A DNA stretch of 26,219 bases from Amoeboradix gromovi X-113 (lineage: Eukaryota; Fungi; Sanchytriomycota), in assembly GCA_018985225.1 (NCBI GenBank), contig JADGIF010000053.1, positions 1 to 26,219 of the forward strand, given 5' to 3'. A model generated the notes under the pieces. That model ran no database searches, had not been told where the DNA came from, and saw nothing but the letters and a program-made list of their open reading frames with translations. This document shows, piece by piece, positions 25,978 through 26,219 of the stretch. The position numbers and the translations under genes were made by a program. Numbering within the stretch: position 1 is the stretch's first letter; every line of letters starts with the position of its first letter.

Positions 25978-26219
25978 TTTTGAAATGTTGTTTCAGGGAC
26001 ATTTTTGTCCGAATTATTTTCATTCTACAAAAAGTAGATCTATCAATAATGAAGTTCCTGCGTTATCAACAACTCTCTAGGCGCAAATTCACTTTTAAAA
26101 ATTGCTCTCTTATTACTGCCAGTCTCTAACGCCTACGTTAAATGTGAAGAATTCGAAAATCATGAAGATTTCAAACCCCACACTTCTCAAGTGTAGACAA
26201 CTTGGGGAGATACCATTTG

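Noticed and set aside
1-26219. CRISPR arrays, tRNA/rRNA genes, intact transposons, prokaryotic operons
   Set aside because: No repeat-spacer periodicity, cloverleaf, rRNA motif, transposase/RT ORF or terminal repeats were seen. Gene content is entirely eukaryotic.

Overview
A gene-dense, AT-rich eukaryotic nuclear segment using the standard genetic code. Gene content (fungal-type Cox9, cNMP-binding/F-box/LRR protein, plus NME7, MMAB, EED and a RalGAP-alpha-like protein that budding yeast lacks) points to an early-diverging, probably zoosporic fungus or close relative with a compacted genome. That placement is inference. About 15 genes are supported: VPS13 (3' part), TRAPPC10/TRS130, MPV17/SYM1, MMAB, RalGAP-alpha-like, PRP38, BAF60/SMARCD, GET1, RBM8A/Y14, a hypothetical protein, a TPR protein, NME7, EED, cNMP-F-box-LRR and COX9 (missed by the ORF track). 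The main result is a system of ultra-short spliceosomal introns: six GT-AG introns of 19, 19, 19, 19, 20 and 21 nt, with consensus GTAWW...TAAT(TT)AG and the putative branch A fixed 6 nt from the 3' end. Five of them exactly re-join ORF pairs split in the ORF track, and one is hidden in-frame in MMAB. None is phase 0, all lie in the 3' 40% of their genes, and in the five non-3n introns the conserved splice signals double as in-frame stop codons. Other observations: AATAAA fused with stop codons, a T-tract motif just before many ATGs, intergenic gaps as small as 6-43 bp, a catalytically eroded NME7, an ACGT-motif cluster, and a probable decayed LRR pseudogene.
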